Below are positions 59,575 through 64,000 of a DNA stretch of 64,000 nt, in pieces. Position 1 is the first letter of the stretch. The number at the start of each line of letters is the position of its first letter. Both the position numbers and the translations under genes were made by a program. The DNA comes from Eledone cirrhosa (lineage: Eukaryota), in the NCBI GenBank assembly GCA_964016885.1, contig OZ024757.1, forward strand, positions 40,672,001 through 40,736,000. The letters run 5' to 3'. Under the pieces are notes generated by a model. It saw nothing but the letters and a program-made list of their open reading frames with translations, was not told where the DNA came from and made no database searches.

Positions 59575-62500
59575 ATGTGAATTTATTTAAATTTGATGTA
59601 ATTGAATTTAATTTCATTCAATTTAATTAATTTTTTTAAAAAGTAGGTTTATAAGTATTGATTTCAGTAAACCTTTGTAGCTGTCTCTGTGGTCTAGTGG
59701 GAAGTGGAGAGTCGGTAGAAATCCTAATCGAGGGTTTAGTCCTAATCTGGAGATACATCTAGACTGCTGTATTAATTTTTTTTCAATTTTCCTTTTTCAT
59801 CTCTTAGAAAAAAATTGAAAGTGTTGAGAGACAACCCAATGTAAAATTATCTCATTAAATTTTCATTGAATTTTATTTTAATTTAATATAATCTAATTAG
59901 TTTATTTAATTTTTTTTTGAAAGTAGGTTTATAAGTATCAATTTTCAATGGAGTTTTATAGGTCTCTCAGTGGCTTCGTGGGAGTCGGAGAGACGGCGTA
60001 ACTCTATCGCTGGGGTTCAATCCCAGTCGGGAGATGCATGTAGGGTGCTGTAGAAAGCTTTTTTTTCACTTTTGTCTTTACATCTCTTAGAAAAAAAATT
60101 GAAAAAGGTTAGTGTGAACCCCAATGAGTAATTATCACATTTTATTTTATTTTATTTTAATTATATATAATTTAATATAATTTAATTTGATTTAATTAAA
60201 CTTTTTTTTAAAGTAGGTTTATAAGTATTGATTTTCAGTCAATCTTCGTAGCTGTCTCTGTGGCTTAGTGGGAAGTAGAGAGACTTTGCTGATCCTTGCC
60301 GGCAGAGACATGTAGGGTGTCTTGTATTCACTTTTTTTCAGTTTTGATTTGACATCTCTTAGAAAAAAACTGAAAAAAGGTTAGTGTGAACCCCAATGAG
60401 TAATTATCATATTTTATTTTATTTTATTTTAATTTTATATAATTTAATCTAATTTAATTTGATTTAATTAAACTTTTTTTAAATGTAGGTTTATAAGTAT
60501 TGATTTTCAGTCAATCTTTGTAACTGTCTCTCTGGCTTAGTGGGAAGTAGAGAGACGTTGGTGATCCTGGTCTGGGGTTCAATCTTTCCGGGAGAGACAT
60601 GTAGTGTGTTGTATTCACTTTTTTTTCAGTTTTGTTTTGACATCTCTTAGAAAAAAACTGAAAAAGGTTAGTCAGAACCCCAATGAGTAATTATTACATT
60701 TTATTTTATTTTAATTATATATAATTATATATAATTTAATTTGATTTAATTAAACTTTTTTTTAAAGTAGGTTTATAAGTATTGATTTTCAGCCATTCTT
60801 TGTAGCTGTCTCTGTGGCTTAGTGGGAAGTGGCGAGACGTTGGTGATCCTGGTCTGGGGTTCAATCTTGCCGGGAGATGCATGTAGGGTGCTGTATTCAC
60901 TTTTTTTTCAGTTTTCTTTTGACATCTCTTAGAAAAAACTGTAAAAGGTTAGTGTGAACCCCAATGAGTAATTATCACATTTTTTTTTTTTATTTTAATT
61001 ATAAATAATTTAATCTAATTTAATTTGATTTAATTAACCTTTTTTTAAAAGTAGGTTTATAAGTATTGATTTTCAGTCAATCTTTGTAGCTGTCTCTGTG
61101 GCTTAGTGGGAAGTAGAGAGACGTTGTGGATCCTGGTCTGGGGTTCAGTCTTTCCGGGAGAGACATGTAGACCGTCATATTAATTTTTTTTCAATTTTCC
61201 ATTTGCATCTCTTAGAATAAAACTGAGAGTTGAAGGACAAGGCCAGTGTGTAATTATTTCATTATATTGTCTTTTAATATAATTTAATTTAATTTAACTT
61301 CAGATAATTAATTTAATCTAAATCTTCTTTGAAAGTAGATTTATAAGTATCAATTTTCAAGGTCTGGGGTTCAATCGTAGTCGAGAGATACAAGTAGGGT
61401 GTCGTATTCCCTTTTTTTTCAGTTTTCCTTTGACATCTCTTAGAAAAAACTGTAAAAGGTTAGTGTGAACCCCAATGAGTAATTATCACATTTTTTTTTT
61501 TTATTTTAATTATATATAATTTAATCTAATTTAATTTGATTTAATTAAACTTTTTTTAAAAGTAGGTTTATAAGTATTGATTTTCAGTCAATCTTCGTAG
61601 CTGTCTCTGTGGCCTAGTGGGAAGTGGAGAGACGTTGGTGATCCTGGTCTGGGGTTCAATCTTGACGGGACAGACATGTAGAGTGTTCCATTCACTTTTT
61701 TTTCAGTTTTCTTTTGACATCTCTTAGAAAAAAACTGAAAAAGTTTAGTGAGAGCCCCAATGAGTAATTATCACATTTTTTTTAATTTTAATTATATATA
61801 ATTATATATAATTTAATTTGATTTAATTAAACTTTTTTTAAAAGTAGGTTTATAAGTATTGATTTTCAGTCAATCTTTGTAGCTGTCTCTGTGGCTTAGT
61901 GGGAAGTGGAGAGACGTTGGCGATCCTGGTCTGGGGTTCAATCTTGACGGGACAGACATGTAGAGTGTTCCATTCACTTTTTTTTCAGTTTTCTTTTGAC
62001 ATCTCTTAGAAAAAAACTGAAAAAGTTTAGTGAGAGCCCCAATGAGTAATTATCACATTTTTTTTAATTTTAATTATATATAATTATATATAATTTAATT
62101 TGATTTAATTAAACTTTTTTTAAAAGTAGGTTTATAAGTATTGATTTTCAGTCAATCTTCGTAGCTGTCTCTGTGGCTTAGTGGGAAGTGGAGAGACGTT
62201 GGTGATCCTGGTCTGGGTTTCAATCTTGACGGGACAGACATGTAGAGTGTTCCATTCACTTTTTTTTCAGTTTTCTTTTGACATCTCTTAGAAAAAAACT
62301 GAAAAAGTTTAGTGAGAGCCCCAATGAGTAATTATCACATTTTTTTAAATTTTAATTATATATAATTATATATAATTTAATTTGATTTAATTAAACTTTT
62401 TTTAAAAGTAGGTTTATAAGTATTGATTTTCAGTCAATCTTTGTAGCTGTCTCTGTGGCTTAGTGGGAAGTGGAGAGACGTTGGTGATCCTGGTCTGGGG

Positions 62501-64000
62501 TTCAATCTTGACGGGACAGACATGTAGAGTGTTCCATTCACTTTTTTTTCAGTTTTCTTTTGACATCTCTTAGAAAAAAACTGAAAAAGTTTAGTGAGAG
62601 CCCCAATGAGTAATTATCACATTTTTTTTAATTTTAATTATATATAATTATATATAATTTAATTTGATTTAATTAAACTTTTTTTAAAAGTAGGTTTATA
62701 AGTATTGATTTTCAGTCAATCTTTGTAGCTGTCTCTGTGGCTTAGTGGGAAGTGGAGAGACGTTGGTGATCCTGGTCTGGGGTTCAATCTTGACGGGACA
62801 GACATGTAGAGTGTTCCATTCACTTTTTTTTCAGTTTTCTTTTGACATCTCTTAGAAAAAAACTGAAAAAGTTTAGTGAGAGCCCCAATGAGTAATTATC
62901 ACATTTTTTTTAATTTTAATTATATATAATTATATATAATTTAATTTGATTTAATTAAACTTTTTTTAAAAGTAGGTTTATAAGTATTGATTTTCAGTCA
63001 ATCTTCGTAGCTGTCTCTGTGGCTTAGTGGGAAGTGGAGAGACGTTGGTGATCCTGGTCTGGGGTTCAATCTTGACGGGACAGACATGTAGAGTGTTCCA
63101 TTCACTTTTTTTTCAGTTTTCTTTTGACATCTCTTAGAAAAAAACTGAAAAAGTTTAGTGAGAGCCCCAATGAGTAATTATCACATTTTTTTAAATTTTA
63201 ATTATATATAATTATATATAATTTAATTTGATTTAATTAAACTTTTTTTAAAAGTAGGTTTATAAGTATTGATTTTCAGTCAATCTTTGTAGCTGTCTCT
63301 GTGGCTTAGTGGGAAGTGGAGAGACGTTGGTGATCCTGGTCTGGGGTTCAATCTTGACGGGACAGACATGTAGAGTGTTCCATTCACTTTTTTTTCAGTT
63401 TTCTTTTGACATCTCTTAGAAAAAAACTGAAAAAGGTTAGTGAGAACCCCAATGAGTAATTATCACATTTTTTTTAATTTTAATTATATATAATTATATA
63501 TAATTTAATTTGATTTAATTAAACTTTTTTTAAAAGTAGGTTTATAAGTATTGATTTTCAGTCAATCTTCGTAGCTCTCTCTGTGGCTTAGTGGGAAGTA
63601 GAAAGAGAGACGTTGGTGATCCTAGTCTGGGGTTTAGTCCTGGTCGGGAGAGACATGTTGACCGTCATATTGTATTTTAATTTAATTTAATTTAATTTAA
63701 CTTCAGATAATTAATTTAATCTAATTCTTCTTTGAAAGTAGATTTACAAGTATCAACTTTCAAGGTCTGGGGTTCAATTATGGTCGAGAGATACAAGTAG
63801 GGTGTCGTATTCCCTTTTTTTTCAGTTTTCCTTTGACCTCTCTTAGAAAAAACTGTAAAAGGTTAGTGTGAACCCCAATGAGTAATTATCACATTTTTAT
63901 TTTATTTTATTTTAATTATATATAATTTAATATAATTTAATTTGATTTAATTAAACTTTTTTTTAAAGTAGGTTTATAAGTATTGATTTTCAGTCAATCT
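59575..64000 (+). repeat. 282-bp tandem satellite, about 16 units, running off the window; each full unit contains a tRNA-like Pol III cassette
   Basis: The AGTAGGTTTATAAG anchor occurs at 61561, 61843, 62125, 62407, 62689, 62971, 63253 and 63535 (exact 282 spacing). More diverged units start at about 59642, 59922, 60212, 60485, 60767 and 61050. Truncated units start at about 61334 and 63737. Confidence 0.97.
60526..60599 (+). ncRNA. Representative tRNA-like Pol III cassette of the satellite (best-pairing copy); not a canonical tRNA
   Basis: GTCTCTC/GAGAGAC form a 7-bp terminal stem. A box TGGCTTAGTGG is at position 8, followed by D-like stem GCTT/AAGT and B box GGTTCAATC, with T8 about 20 nt downstream. 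The anticodon arm pairs poorly. Confidence 0.5.

Noticed and set aside
59575-64000. CRISPR-like or functional tRNA-gene-cluster reading of the array
   Set aside because: There are no unique spacers, the whole unit repeats, and the context is eukaryotic. The anticodon arm does not form a canonical stem-loop, so a decoding tRNA is unsupported.

Overview
AT-rich, microsatellite-saturated animal non-coding DNA (intergenic or large intron). The SINE content (Meta-domain and CORE-like tRNA SINEs) and the density of (TA)n, (GATA)n and (GA)n suggest a coleoid cephalopod such as an octopus; this is inference. I can support no host exon, and almost all ORF-track entries are translated microsatellites. 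Real coding remnants are retroelements: an uninterrupted 5'-truncated L1/Tx1-type RT C-terminus (52586-54100, minus) with two related 3' fragments, two RTE-type fragments and a triplicated CRE-like endonuclease fragment. Three things stand out. (1) From about 59.6 kb to the window end lies a 282-bp tandem array. Each full unit carries a 73-nt tRNA-shaped Pol III cassette (A box, B box, terminal stem, oligo-T terminator), and the array shows higher-order structure. (2) Several short families embedded in (TA)n form long fold-back palindromes with copy-specific turning points, and several carry minimal hammerhead-ribozyme-like cores, as Penelope-like elements do. (3) Tx1-like insertions appear to target microsatellites. 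Coordinates were read by eye and may be off by a few bases.
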